Shown: positions 49,924 to 59,562 of the stretch, piece by piece
How positions within the stretch are numbered: position 1 is the first letter of the stretch
Layout: every line of letters begins with the position of its first letter
Source: a virus
IMG/VR virus record: IMGVR_UViG_3300036770_008700
Span: 32,001 to 96,000 of that record
Reading direction: 5' to 3' (one strand)
DNA: 64,000 bases
Translations under genes and position numbers: made by a program
Notes under the pieces: model-generated
Seen by the model: the letters and a program-made list of their open reading frames with translations, nothing else
What the model was told of the DNA's origin: nothing
The model's database searches: none

Positions 49924-50652
49924 CTACTGTAGTTTGCTAAGTTTTTGAAGAATTTTCATTCCTTTTTCACTTACCATTTTATGTCCTGTTGCGAATCTTG
50001 GCTTCAAAAGTTTAACGATAGAATTCTCGTTCAAAGAATAAGAATGATGGTTAAACGCACGATTTGACCACTCTACATCTTCACCTTGTCCCCAAAACAA
50101 TCTTTCATTCAGAGGAAAATTTTCCATAACATGTTTTTTAGCTATCCAGAAACCTCCACTGGCATATTGGAGTTTTTTCATGTTTCTAATGTCATATGGC
50201 AAAAATGTTTCCATGTTATTTTCAATCAGAGCTGGATGCTTGAAGGGATCAATAATCCAATCATGAAACCTATTGCCATTTATATCTAAGATTTGATTCA
50301 TCATGATTTCAAATGGCTCAGAATAATTTACCATATTCTTATACCATTCTGAGTCTAGGGAAAAATAATCATGCATAAACACAATATTTTCATATTGTGC
50401 ATTTTGCGTAATCAAATTCTTTTTTCTAGTTATCCATCCTTTGTATTTCAAATCATTGAATGGTATGTGTAGGGTATTTTCACAATCAGAGTAATCATTG
50501 TCCCCACCGACAACTATAATTTCATATTTCGGTATTTTCTGATCAAATATAGTTTTTATGATCTTCTTTACTCTGTCAGATGCTTCACTGTTGGTTATAG
50601 TCTCTCTATGATTATTGGACCCACCCGTAATTATCCCAAATGTAAAATTCAT
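49924..50652 (-). CDS. glycosyltransferase, GT-A (GT2-like)
   Basis: FTFGIIT, YEIIVVG, WITRKKN, VFMHDY, GEDVEWS; likely start MNFTF at 50652. Confidence 0.8.
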   Translation of the reverse strand: MNFTFGIITGGSNNHRETITNSEASDRVKKIIKTIFDQKIPKYEIIVVGGDNDYSDCENTLHIPFNDLKYKGWITRKKNLITQNAQYENIVFMHDYFSLDSEWYKNMVNYSEPFEIMMNQILDINGNRFHDWIIDPFKHPALIENNMETFLPYDIRNMKKLQYASGGFWIAKKHVMENFPLNERLFWGQGEDVEWSNRAFNHHSYSLNENSIVKLLKPRFATGHKMVSEKGMKILQKLSKLQ

Positions 50653-50653
50653 G

Positions 50654-51544
50654 TTAACCTTTATCAATCACAGATTTGATTGTTGGCCAAAAGTTATACT
50701 TATTTAAGATCAAATCTCTTGCCTCTTCTATCGCTGATATCCTTTTTTCATAATCATCATTTTCAATCAGTTCGATTATTCTTGGTATTTCTGTTGCTGG
50801 CTTTCTTGCATCAAACTGGATAAACGATCCTTCTGGAAAATATCTTGAAAGATCTGTTCCGCACCAAAATATTGGTACACACCAGCAAAGTAAAGAATCA
50901 CTTAGCTGAGTACCAAAAAAGTCTTTAATGAAATCTTGATTGTCAAATCCTAGACAATATTTGTAGTCTTGCAAAGCTTGCATCTTATCATTGTTGGGAA
51001 TCGTTTTATTATGAAACTCTATTGAGCCGTATAAATCCAATCTTGAATATTGCTTCAGAAACTGTTTTGTAAACAGTTTTCTTAGCTGATGCCCTTCATT
51101 CATTACTTTATTGGAAACAATGCTAGTAATGTGTTTTGTCTTAGGATATGGCTTGGTGGCTATTAGTTGATCGTATGTTTTTGCGATTCCGCTATAACCC
51201 TGAGCAGAAGCTTGCACGTTTGTACCATACCACCAACGTATTGGCAAATAACCAGTACCATCCCAGAAAGAAAATCGTTTAAACTGGCTAGTTGGATATT
51301 GATCCTTTAAATGTAACGATAAAGCTTCCCTGTTAAAATAGAGTCGATTCTCCGGTTTAAACATGTTGAGCAGCAAATTGTTATCAATCTCGTCTTGTAT
51401 AACAATAAACTCTGCTTGCTTTGGATCTCTTACGGCTACAATATCCTCCCAAACACCTTTGGCATTAGGTGTTTGATGCCGGTAATCTTCTAGTATTTGT
51501 TCACTCGAAGCCCAAGGTGTAGAAGCAAAGTATATTTTTCTCAT
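50654..51544 (-). CDS. GT10 (alpha-1,3-fucosyltransferase)-like glycosyltransferase
   Basis: IVSNK..GHQLR, LDLYG, DK..LQDYKYCLGFDN..VPIFW resembles the GT10 motif with substitutions. Confidence 0.75.
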   Translation of the reverse strand: MRKIYFASTPWASSEQILEDYRHQTPNAKGVWEDIVAVRDPKQAEFIVIQDEIDNNLLLNMFKPENRLYFNREALSLHLKDQYPTSQFKRFSFWDGTGYLPIRWWYGTNVQASAQGYSGIAKTYDQLIATKPYPKTKHITSIVSNKVMNEGHQLRKLFTKQFLKQYSRLDLYGSIEFHNKTIPNNDKMQALQDYKYCLGFDNQDFIKDFFGTQLSDSLLCWCVPIFWCGTDLSRYFPEGSFIQFDARKPATEIPRIIELIENDDYEKRISAIEEARDLILNKYNFWPTIKSVIDKG

Positions 51545-51585
51545 GATGCTAAAAGCATAGCACGAAGATCACAAATTGGTGAGTA

Positions 51586-52401
51586 TCATTCACCAAAAAT
51601 AATATCTAACCAGTTATCTCCACAATATTCTCCGTAACCCCAACGTGGATCTTTCACTTCAACAAATTCTGTCACTCTGTCGGTGTTTTTTTTAAGCTTT
51701 TCCATTTCCTCAACATCTTGTTTGCGCAAACCTGTGATGTTGATTACATTCGGCCAGCCATTGTTGCTTAATAGCTCTAGCTTTCTGATTGCCCAACGAT
51801 CTACAGAACCAACAATTTTATAGCCGCTGAACTCTGTAAGCTGACTTCCTTTTGTTTCCCAGTCCCAAGGTGACCAATCACGCTTCATATACTTCATGAA
51901 AAACGTTTTGTTCCATATTGAGAACGCTCCAGCTAGTTGATACAAGTTTCTGCCATAACCAGATTGATTGAGCTGAATGAACTTGATATCGTTTTGTGTT
52001 TTATATGGCTTTACATCCTTTGGATTTCTTCCATATTGCAATGAGCATTGCAAGTCAATCCTGCCAATGCTGGGATTTAGAATGACCTTTGCGGCTTGAT
52101 ACGCTTCTTCATCAACTGGTCTAGCAATCATAAAATCGTCGATGCCAAAAATAAAATAGTCGTCTTGCACATTAGCAAAATAGTCTAGCAAATGATTCGA
52201 CCATCCAGCCGCACCATTCATTTGTTTCGGTCCAAGAGACACAAATTCAAAGTTGGAGTCAAACTCAAAATCCGGCTTGTTAAAGCCTAAGATTTTAACT
52301 TGCATATGCTTACCCCAATATTTGTTGAAGAAATACTGAAAGTATTTTATTATGAAGATGTTGGGGTCACAAGTTGTAACATATACGGTGAGTTCTTTCA
52401 T
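51586..52401 (-). CDS. putative glycosyltransferase (GT-A)
   Basis: VTTCD, WSNHL, FGIDDF, SIWNK, SPWDWE. Confidence 0.65.
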   Translation of the reverse strand: MKELTVYVTTCDPNIFIIKYFQYFFNKYWGKHMQVKILGFNKPDFEFDSNFEFVSLGPKQMNGAAGWSNHLLDYFANVQDDYFIFGIDDFMIARPVDEEAYQAAKVILNPSIGRIDLQCSLQYGRNPKDVKPYKTQNDIKFIQLNQSGYGRNLYQLAGAFSIWNKTFFMKYMKRDWSPWDWETKGSQLTEFSGYKIVGSVDRWAIRKLELLSNNGWPNVINITGLRKQDVEEMEKLKKNTDRVTEFVEVKDPRWGYGEYCGDNWLDIIFGE

Positions 52402-52404
52402 ATG

Positions 52405-53016
52405 TTATCTATTCTTTTTCGTTACGATACAAGCTGCTTGTTCACCGTGAGGCAAGTAACCTAGCCACTTATACTCAACTTGACATTCCTGTACAAACTC
52501 CATAAACGCTTTGTACTCATGGTCTGCCCAATCGGTATAAATCCCATCTCCGTTGTGCAGTTCGTCAAATATAATCACCGTACCTTCAACAATGTTGTTC
52601 TTACAATTATCGAATATTGTTTTGGTTGAAGAATACAAGTCACAGTCAACAACCAATACCGATATATCTTTTTTCTGTTTTGATATAAAGCCTGGTAATG
52701 TTTCAGAGAACAAACCATCAATCATCACAGCACCTTCGATTGCTGGCACTACTCCACCAACAGAAAATGCTCCTGCACTATGACTGGCCCAATTTTCTGG
52801 TAAACCATTAAACCAATCAAATCCATATAAAGGTTTTTGGTCTTCTGGCATATAACTAACGTATTTTCTTGTGGTGCCTCCTGTGGCAACACCAAACTCA
52901 AGCCAAAGCCCATCAACCTTAGCAAAAGATAACGCATGTTTTATGAAAGTTTCGTAGCGTTCATCAAAACTTGATGGGTAGAACTCCACAGCCCCAGAAA
53001 AATCGATTGTTGACAT
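52405..53016 (-). CDS. TylF/MycF-like O-methyltransferase
   Basis: LEFGVATG, YGFDWFNGLPE, GLFSETLP, VDCDLYSST, IFDE. Confidence 0.85.
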   Translation of the reverse strand: MSTIDFSGAVEFYPSSFDERYETFIKHALSFAKVDGLWLEFGVATGGTTRKYVSYMPEDQKPLYGFDWFNGLPENWASHSAGAFSVGGVVPAIEGAVMIDGLFSETLPGFISKQKKDISVLVVDCDLYSSTKTIFDNCKNNIVEGTVIIFDELHNGDGIYTDWADHEYKAFMEFVQECQVEYKWLGYLPHGEQAACIVTKKNR

Positions 53017-53032
53017 GATTTGTGTTTTTCTC

Positions 53033-54397
53033 TCATTGGTGAGCTTGCAAATAAATGTTTAAATCTTCTGGGGTTCCTAAACCCCACATTTTTTCTACAT
53101 TGAACGTTGCAATCTTTTTATTGTCTTGTATTGCTTCATTAAAAACAGGACAAACATAAAACTCGTTGTTGGTTCTTATGTTCTTTGAAATCATTTGTTC
53201 GGCATATTTGACATAATCACTACCTTTATTCCAATAGTAGATGCCGGTTGTAGCAAGATCGCTTATTGGATTTTTTTCTGCTACTTCTGTAACAAATCCA
53301 CTTTCTCCAAGTTTAGCAAAGCTCCATTTTGGATGATTTGCTTTAAAGGTCACGATGCCACCGTCGATTTCTTGATCGGTCATTTGATAATAAAAACGTG
53401 TGCTATCCCACTCCAAAAATTGATCTGAGTTAGCCAATAGCAAATGCTTGTCGTTATCGATATATTCTTTTGCAAGAAGAGTAGTACAAGCTGCTCCCTC
53501 GGTTACTGAATCCACATAAACAAGTCTACATTTTGGTGCAATTCGTTGTAGGGTTTGTGTGATGCTGTATTTTTCGTGCTCTCTTTGAAGCACAAAAATA
53601 AACTGTGCATCGATATTCAAGTTCCGTACTACCTTTTCAATCATCGGTATACCTTGAACATCAATCAATGGTTTAGGCAGAGAATATCCAGCTTTTTGAA
53701 ATCTACTTCCATGGCCTGCCATTGGAATCAATACATTAAAATCGTTTCCAATCCAAACCATTTGCTTTTTTTGGCCACTAAATTTTTTAATGTGGTCTTC
53801 CACGTTTTGAATTGTTACATCGTTTGTGTCTTTTACTTTCATAATATTTGCACCACTTTCAAAAGCTGCTTCTAAGCCGTATGGACTATCTTCGACAATC
53901 ATTGTTTCTTTTGGAGTTAATCCAAAGTGACTGATAGATTTGAAGTATAACTCTGGATTGGGTTTTGGGTATCTAACCTCTTCGTTTGAAAATACTTTAT
54001 TCACATATTGCAATAATTCCATTTTTACCAATACCGAATAAACGGTATTAGCAACACTGTTTGTTGCTATGCCAATCTTAAATCCGTTTTGTTTAAGCTT
54101 TTTGAACAGTTCAGAGATATGCGGCAGTGGATTAATAAACTTATAAATGTACTCTAGAGTATACAATTGCTTTCTTTTGCTGATTGACTCATATTCTTCA
54201 GGGTCTAAGCTTTTATACCTTGTAAGAAGCTTAAGCTTTTCTTTTGTTGGTAGCCCATCGTATATCTTATAATGTTCTTCTTTTGTGATGACGTATTTTG
54301 GATCTAAGTCTTCTAATGCTTTGTTCAAACAATCATAGTGTGATTCTTTCAAATCAACCAAAACACCGTCCAAATCGAATATCACCAACTTAATCAT
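53033..54397 (-). CDS. HAD phosphatase fused to nucleotidyltransferase
   Basis: FDLDGVL, KPNP, VEDS; then IPMAGHGSRF..PKPLI, EKNPIS, GLGTPEDL. Confidence 0.9.
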   Translation of the reverse strand: MIKLVIFDLDGVLVDLKESHYDCLNKALEDLDPKYVITKEEHYKIYDGLPTKEKLKLLTRYKSLDPEEYESISKRKQLYTLEYIYKFINPLPHISELFKKLKQNGFKIGIATNSVANTVYSVLVKMELLQYVNKVFSNEEVRYPKPNPELYFKSISHFGLTPKETMIVEDSPYGLEAAFESGANIMKVKDTNDVTIQNVEDHIKKFSGQKKQMVWIGNDFNVLIPMAGHGSRFQKAGYSLPKPLIDVQGIPMIEKVVRNLNIDAQFIFVLQREHEKYSITQTLQRIAPKCRLVYVDSVTEGAACTTLLAKEYIDNDKHLLLANSDQFLEWDSTRFYYQMTDQEIDGGIVTFKANHPKWSFAKLGESGFVTEVAEKNPISDLATTGIYYWNKGSDYVKYAEQMISKNIRTNNEFYVCPVFNEAIQDNKKIATFNVEKMWGLGTPEDLNIYLQAHQ

Positions 54398-54834
54398 AAG
54401 CTGCCTTTTTCCCTTAATTTTTCAACTATATCGCTGCATACACCAAATGCGTTAGAATAATCTTGATTTGTTTGTTCCGGCAAAAGACAAATCGATCTTT
54501 CTGTTAAAGGCGATTGTGGAAACGCCCAAATATAACCTTTTGATGTAAGAGTGTATTTATCATTTTCGTGCCAAAAACAATGAATTCCATTCTGCAACAT
54601 CACATCAAACGCTTCAATATTTTTGGCATGACACCAGAGTTTTGTATTGCGTAAAAAATCAATACCTACTTCATAGTCTGGACTATCATGCCCCAAAAAC
54701 CAACAATTCCCAACAAGTCTTACATCGATCTCCACATCATAACCAAGTTTTATTGCGTCGTGAATATATTGTGGGTGATTCTCTAGATTTTTATTGATGC
54801 CTTTTGTATTTCCACGATGAGCAATGTATATCAT
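54394..54834 (-). CDS. short GDPD/PLC-like phosphodiesterase
   Basis: IAHRGN, EN, DVEIDV, LGHD, GVCSD. Confidence 0.8.
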   Translation of the reverse strand: MIYIAHRGNTKGINKNLENHPQYIHDAIKLGYDVEIDVRLVGNCWFLGHDSPDYEVGIDFLRNTKLWCHAKNIEAFDVMLQNGIHCFWHENDKYTLTSKGYIWAFPQSPLTERSICLLPEQTNQDYSNAFGVCSDIVEKLREKGSL

Positions 54835-55628
54835 TTTTGTCTGCTTTCAATTTTTTGAGGAATCATGATATCACCGTTTGGTCTTCCCCAAGGATTGTTA
54901 CGTTGATTGTATCTTCTCATGAGTCCATAAGTTTCGTACTCTAAACCATAACAGTATATACGATCTTCTAATCCTAGCTCCTTAAGCCTATAACGCCATA
55001 CTGGATGTCCTGATCCAATGCTTTTTTCGTCCAACTTCCTTGATTTTAGAAACTTAATATACTCACCTTTTTGAATGTCCAGATACTCACTATAACGATC
55101 ATGTATGTTACCATATTCTTTCATTATACTTGCACCAGACAAAAACCAAACGTCATTGAAGCCCCAACCTTCGTGATTCAGATTCCAATGGCTTACGTAA
55201 AAGTTGTTCGGGTCAAAAAGCTCAAAGCGAAACGGTTCATAGTAAACAGCGTCAAACCTAGAAATTAAAATCAAATCGTATAGCGAAGCGTCAACAAGAC
55301 TCAATGATTTCTGTAAAGAATAAAACCTAGAATAGTTGTTGCGGATAGATATCTGAGTACTATAAGGTCCGTCAGGTACAAAATTATAGTGCTTGTAAGG
55401 ATGATCAAAAACAATCTGCTTTTCCAAGATATAATCTTTTGGTTTCATTTTACTAAGAAGCTTTTCAGATTCTTTACTGTCATCATCCCAACCGTGTAAA
55501 AACAAGTCAACGTTATATTTCGCTTTAACGGTTACCTTAAAATGTTGATAAGGTATTTCAAACGATTGAGTATCGCCATTTGCGTTTTTACCGCAGAACT
55601 TACCGTAAAAACAAGCTGCTATTTTCAT
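54831..55628 (-). CDS. putative glycan-modifying protein
   Basis: MKIAACFYG, DLFLHGW, SRFYS, YDLILISRFD, FNDVWF. Confidence 0.6.
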   Translation of the reverse strand: MKIAACFYGKFCGKNANGDTQSFEIPYQHFKVTVKAKYNVDLFLHGWDDDSKESEKLLSKMKPKDYILEKQIVFDHPYKHYNFVPDGPYSTQISIRNNYSRFYSLQKSLSLVDASLYDLILISRFDAVYYEPFRFELFDPNNFYVSHWNLNHEGWGFNDVWFLSGASIMKEYGNIHDRYSEYLDIQKGEYIKFLKSRKLDEKSIGSGHPVWRYRLKELGLEDRIYCYGLEYETYGLMRRYNQRNNPWGRPNGDIMIPQKIESRQK

Positions 55629-55636
55629 GTTTCTTC

Positions 55637-57640
55637 CTAAAGTGAATCGATAAGTTTAATGTCTTCTATGTCTTTTGGTTCGTTTCTTCTTGCTTTTAAG
55701 GCACGAATAAAAGCCAGAGAAACAAACTTAACACCTTTGGTGTAAAAATAATTTTGCGGATCAAGAACTAGCTCGTCAGCAGTTACGCCATACAAGGATT
55801 CAAGATATTGGTTGTGACAATCAATCAAATCATCCTTAACAATTACGTTGCTTCTTGTAATGTAATCTAAATCCTTACCTTCTCTTAAACCATAGGCAGA
55901 CAAAACAGAGCTTACTGTTACAGCGTAATCATCTATATTAGGAACTTGTTGTTTAAACTTAACAAGAAGTTGATCAAATTTTGGAAACGAAACCTTTTTG
56001 GCATAGACCAAATGATGCAAACTGTTGTTGTTAAATACAACGTTAGCTAGTCGGATGGTTTGCTCATGTGTATCGTTGATATGAATAGTATGATTACCAA
56101 GCTTAAACACTTCTCTAATCTCACGTTTAGCTCTCACAGAGCTTTCCAAGTTTTCAAACTCAACCAAAAAGAAAAACGTAGGATACTCAGAGGTAAAACA
56201 CAAATTGGCCTTGTCTCTGTACCCAGCATAATTGTTGTGAGGCCCACCAGCCCATGCTTCGTTCTCATAAAACTCTGCCATTAGATTTAATGGACCATTT
56301 CTATCAAGCTTGACAGGCTTGTAATAAACAACCTTGCCATGCTTGTTAAGCACGTCATATGCTAGTTGACCATTTCCCTTCGCAGAAGGAAACAAAGTAG
56401 CAATAAAAGTATTTGATTTTAGCTTGGCATATTCAACAGCTGCACGATCAGCATATTTTACTGGGTACTTTAGCTGGTTAAACATCAACCAACCACAATC
56501 TTTTTGACCATCAACAGTGTTTTGTCCGTTTTTACAAGCTACTTTTCTACCTGTTGCCATGGCAGCAGCAACTCTGTGAGAACCATTTAGAATGTATTTT
56601 GAATCTTCAACAGGAACAAGAGAAATATTTGAATCAAATCCTGTTGTTTGCATTGAATCAATCAAAGCTTTAAAGTCATTGTCAAAAGCTTCAAAAGTGT
56701 TTTTCTGTGGTTTATCATACTCCTTGAAACCATTCCAAACCCTGAGATGTTCCTTATACATCTCTTTGTAAAAACCAGTTTGCCAATTTTCCACAATCGC
56801 TTTTGCATAAAGATATTTGATTGGAAGATCAAATCTAAAACCAGTTAAAAGACTAGTCGGCTCAACCCCTTGTTGAGTTGATGATTTGTTAAAATCAACA
56901 ACTTCTTTTCTTGGAAGTTTACGGATATATTGATCTGTCTCCCATTGTTCTTTTTGACGTATGTAACCATCACTGATTGGATTAGAACGATTATAAAGAT
57001 ACAAAGTTTGATCAATAAATTGAAAATTCTTACCTGCCATTTCAAGCATTGGCATCATGAAAGCCAAATCCCAAGCAACAGAATAATGCTTGCCTACTCT
57101 TGGATCGATTAGGTCTTGTTCGTTCAAACAATCCCAAAGTTTACTTTTAAACGTACGCAAATGTGAAGTAACAAACTTTGGATAAGTTCTGTAAGAGCGA
57201 GCATTGATAACTTCTTGTGGAAAAGCCTCGCAAATTCCCTTAGCACCACCAGGAGAATCAACATAACTACCATATGTTAGTAAGCAACTGGGAACTTTTG
57301 TATATACACGATTTATTACTGTTAGTGATGTAGGGCTAGCTAACCTGTCATCCCCATCAATCGCCATAAGCACGCTTTCTGGCTCCTTGGTTGTTTCTAG
57401 TCGTTTAAAACCATCAACAATGTTGAACAATGCACCTTTGTTTGAAGGATTATGTAGCTTTTGAAACCTGCTATCAAGTTGCAAGCTATCAATAACTTCT
57501 CCGGTTTTATCCTTAGAGGCGTCGTTAATGATAATACAGTCAAAATTCTTGTGCTGTTGGCTGGCAATAGATTCAATACAGTCTTTGATCCAAGCTTCTG
57601 CATTATACACAGGAACAACGATTTTCATTTTAATAGTCAT
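55637..57640 (-). CDS. GT2 glycosyltransferase fused to ParB/Srx-like and nucleotidyltransferase-like domains
   Basis: VVPVYN, INDAS, IDGDD; ILNGSHRVAA; SSVLSAYGLREGKDLDY. Confidence 0.75.
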   Translation of the reverse strand: MTIKMKIVVPVYNAEAWIKDCIESIASQQHKNFDCIIINDASKDKTGEVIDSLQLDSRFQKLHNPSNKGALFNIVDGFKRLETTKEPESVLMAIDGDDRLASPTSLTVINRVYTKVPSCLLTYGSYVDSPGGAKGICEAFPQEVINARSYRTYPKFVTSHLRTFKSKLWDCLNEQDLIDPRVGKHYSVAWDLAFMMPMLEMAGKNFQFIDQTLYLYNRSNPISDGYIRQKEQWETDQYIRKLPRKEVVDFNKSSTQQGVEPTSLLTGFRFDLPIKYLYAKAIVENWQTGFYKEMYKEHLRVWNGFKEYDKPQKNTFEAFDNDFKALIDSMQTTGFDSNISLVPVEDSKYILNGSHRVAAAMATGRKVACKNGQNTVDGQKDCGWLMFNQLKYPVKYADRAAVEYAKLKSNTFIATLFPSAKGNGQLAYDVLNKHGKVVYYKPVKLDRNGPLNLMAEFYENEAWAGGPHNNYAGYRDKANLCFTSEYPTFFFLVEFENLESSVRAKREIREVFKLGNHTIHINDTHEQTIRLANVVFNNNSLHHLVYAKKVSFPKFDQLLVKFKQQVPNIDDYAVTVSSVLSAYGLREGKDLDYITRSNVIVKDDLIDCHNQYLESLYGVTADELVLDPQNYFYTKGVKFVSLAFIRALKARRNEPKDIEDIKLIDSL

Positions 57641-58587
57641 TTGATATTTTCCTTATACCAATCAAAGGTTTTGTAAAAAGCTTCTGCTGTAACATCTGTT
57701 GGAATGAAACCTAGTGTTTGCTCTGCAAGAGTAACGTCAGCTTGTGTTTTGATCGGATCACCAACTCTTGCCTGTGCTTCTGCAATATCTACAGTTTGAA
57801 AACAATTCTTAAAATATTCAAGTATTTCAGAAATGCGAACAGACTTACCAGAGCCAATGTTGTAACAACCAAACTCTATACTTTCATTCTCAACAGCCAA
57901 TGTATTAGCGTTTGCTACATCGTATACATGCACAAAATCTCTGTAAGCTTTACCTCCGCCATCCAATCTGATTTTGTTTTCACGAATACCTTTTTCACAC
58001 CAGGAAGATATTACATTAGCGTATGGACCCGAACCTGCTTGCCTTGGACCAAAAACATTAAAGTAACGCAAACAAATCACTTTTAATCCATAGAGTTCAT
58101 TGTATAACTTGCAGTAATCTTCTATGATGCTTTTTTGTAAGGCATATGGTGACATTGGATTCTTGATTGATCGCTCATTCGTTGGAAACGTTTTAGGGTC
58201 ACCATAAACCGCTGAAGAAGAAGAAAACACAAACTTTCTAACGTTACCAACCTTACAAGCTTCCAATAAAGCAAGAGTTTTTGATACATTGTTATCATTA
58301 GACTCAACAGGCTTATCAACAGAAAAAGGAACACTTGCCTTAGCAGCAAGATGCAACACATACTGATATTTACCCGATCTAACCTCTGTTAGTGTTTTAA
58401 ACCCAACAAAATCATCTACATATACTTCCAGCTTTGAATTGCTGTGAGGATTTAAGTGTTCAAGATTTTTAAGTTTACCTGTGTCTAAATTGTCAACAAC
58501 AGTTACATGATAACCTTTATTCAAAAATGCATCAACAACATGACTACCAATAAAACCATAACCACCAGTTACCAATACTCTACTCAT
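57637..58587 (-). CDS. NAD-dependent nucleotide-sugar epimerase/dehydratase (WbpP/GalE-like)
   Basis: VTGGYGFIGSH, SSSSAVYG, SPYALQK, LRYFNVFGPRQ; start MSRV at 58587 by ATGA coupling. Confidence 0.92.
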   Translation of the reverse strand: MSRVLVTGGYGFIGSHVVDAFLNKGYHVTVVDNLDTGKLKNLEHLNPHSNSKLEVYVDDFVGFKTLTEVRSGKYQYVLHLAAKASVPFSVDKPVESNDNNVSKTLALLEACKVGNVRKFVFSSSSAVYGDPKTFPTNERSIKNPMSPYALQKSIIEDYCKLYNELYGLKVICLRYFNVFGPRQAGSGPYANVISSWCEKGIRENKIRLDGGGKAYRDFVHVYDVANANTLAVENESIEFGCYNIGSGKSVRISEILEYFKNCFQTVDIAEAQARVGDPIKTQADVTLAEQTLGFIPTDVTAEAFYKTFDWYKENIK

Positions 58588-59522
58588 GGACAATGCTCCG
58601 TTCCCGCATACGGACAAAACTTACATGATTCTCTGCTCTTTGGAAACATACGCTTTTGAATATATCCAAGCATAGTATCAATCGTTCCCATAGCCTTTTC
58701 AACAGCCTTGTCTCCTACACTCACCGTAACTAGCTCGCAGTTCCCCTTCTTCTTGCTCCTACGCAACAAAACAAAACCACACTTAACATCCTTCAAAGTT
58801 AAATTGTGCTTGCGTGCATAAAAATGCTTGTAAAAAGCTAGCTGCATCGTCTTCTTAGGATCAATACGCTTGGCTAATGGCCAAAAATAACTGCAAGTCT
58901 TCCAGTCAATAATCCAAACAATAGGCTCACCCTTCTTGTTTACTCCCTCAATAACACCATCAATAAATCCCTTGAACATATGATTGTGCTTGTCCAGAGA
59001 TTCCATCAAAGGAAGTTCAGCAGCAACAAACTTCCAATCACCAAAAGTTTCTTCCATAAAGGCTGGAACTTCGGAAAGGATAGGTTCAATGGTATCATGC
59101 CAATCCGATTCCTTTAAATCAGCTGCATTTGGAAGCTTTGAGAAATACTCAGTAAGTTGAGCCTTTACTTGCTCAATAGGTGGCATCACCTTGGTTGCAA
59201 GATATTGCTCAAGAGCATCGTGAATAACTTGACCAAACTCTGTATGCTCGGATGGTCCATCGTTTTCAGTCTTTACTTCGTCAAGATACTTGAGCTTGTG
59301 CTTGAATGCACAATCCATCCAAGTAGCAATCTCAGAGTAAGAAACATGCTTGCGAAGTTGAATGTATTCCACATTGGTTGGTGTGGACAAATCGATATCA
59401 GTTGTAATTGTCATTTTGCCATCTAAAAGGTTGTCTATACTGTTAGAGTATAACACGTCTTTTTTGGCATTCTCAAGTATATTTAGATGTTTTTTGGTTA
59501 GGTTTAATGGACTTTTACTCAT
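58584..59522 (-). CDS. PD-(D/E)XK nuclease, Cas4/RecB-like with Fe-S cysteines
   Basis: SYSEI..C, FGQVIH, E..FKGFID, IIDWKT, QLAFY, CKFCPY..C; start may be 59414. Confidence 0.85.
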   Translation of the reverse strand: MSKSPLNLTKKHLNILENAKKDVLYSNSIDNLLDGKMTITTDIDLSTPTNVEYIQLRKHVSYSEIATWMDCAFKHKLKYLDEVKTENDGPSEHTEFGQVIHDALEQYLATKVMPPIEQVKAQLTEYFSKLPNAADLKESDWHDTIEPILSEVPAFMEETFGDWKFVAAELPLMESLDKHNHMFKGFIDGVIEGVNKKGEPIVWIIDWKTCSYFWPLAKRIDPKKTMQLAFYKHFYARKHNLTLKDVKCGFVLLRRSKKKGNCELVTVSVGDKAVEKAMGTIDTMLGYIQKRMFPKSRESCKFCPYAGTEHCP

Positions 59523-59562
59523 GAAACTGAGTATAGAACCATAGTTTTTGGAAGGCTAAGTA

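Noticed and set aside
43967-58587. Bacterial O-antigen or capsule locus (host contamination or prophage boundary)
   Set aside because: No wzx, wzy, ABC exporter or initiating phosphoglycosyl transferase; genes are coupled directly to phage-type genes on both sides.
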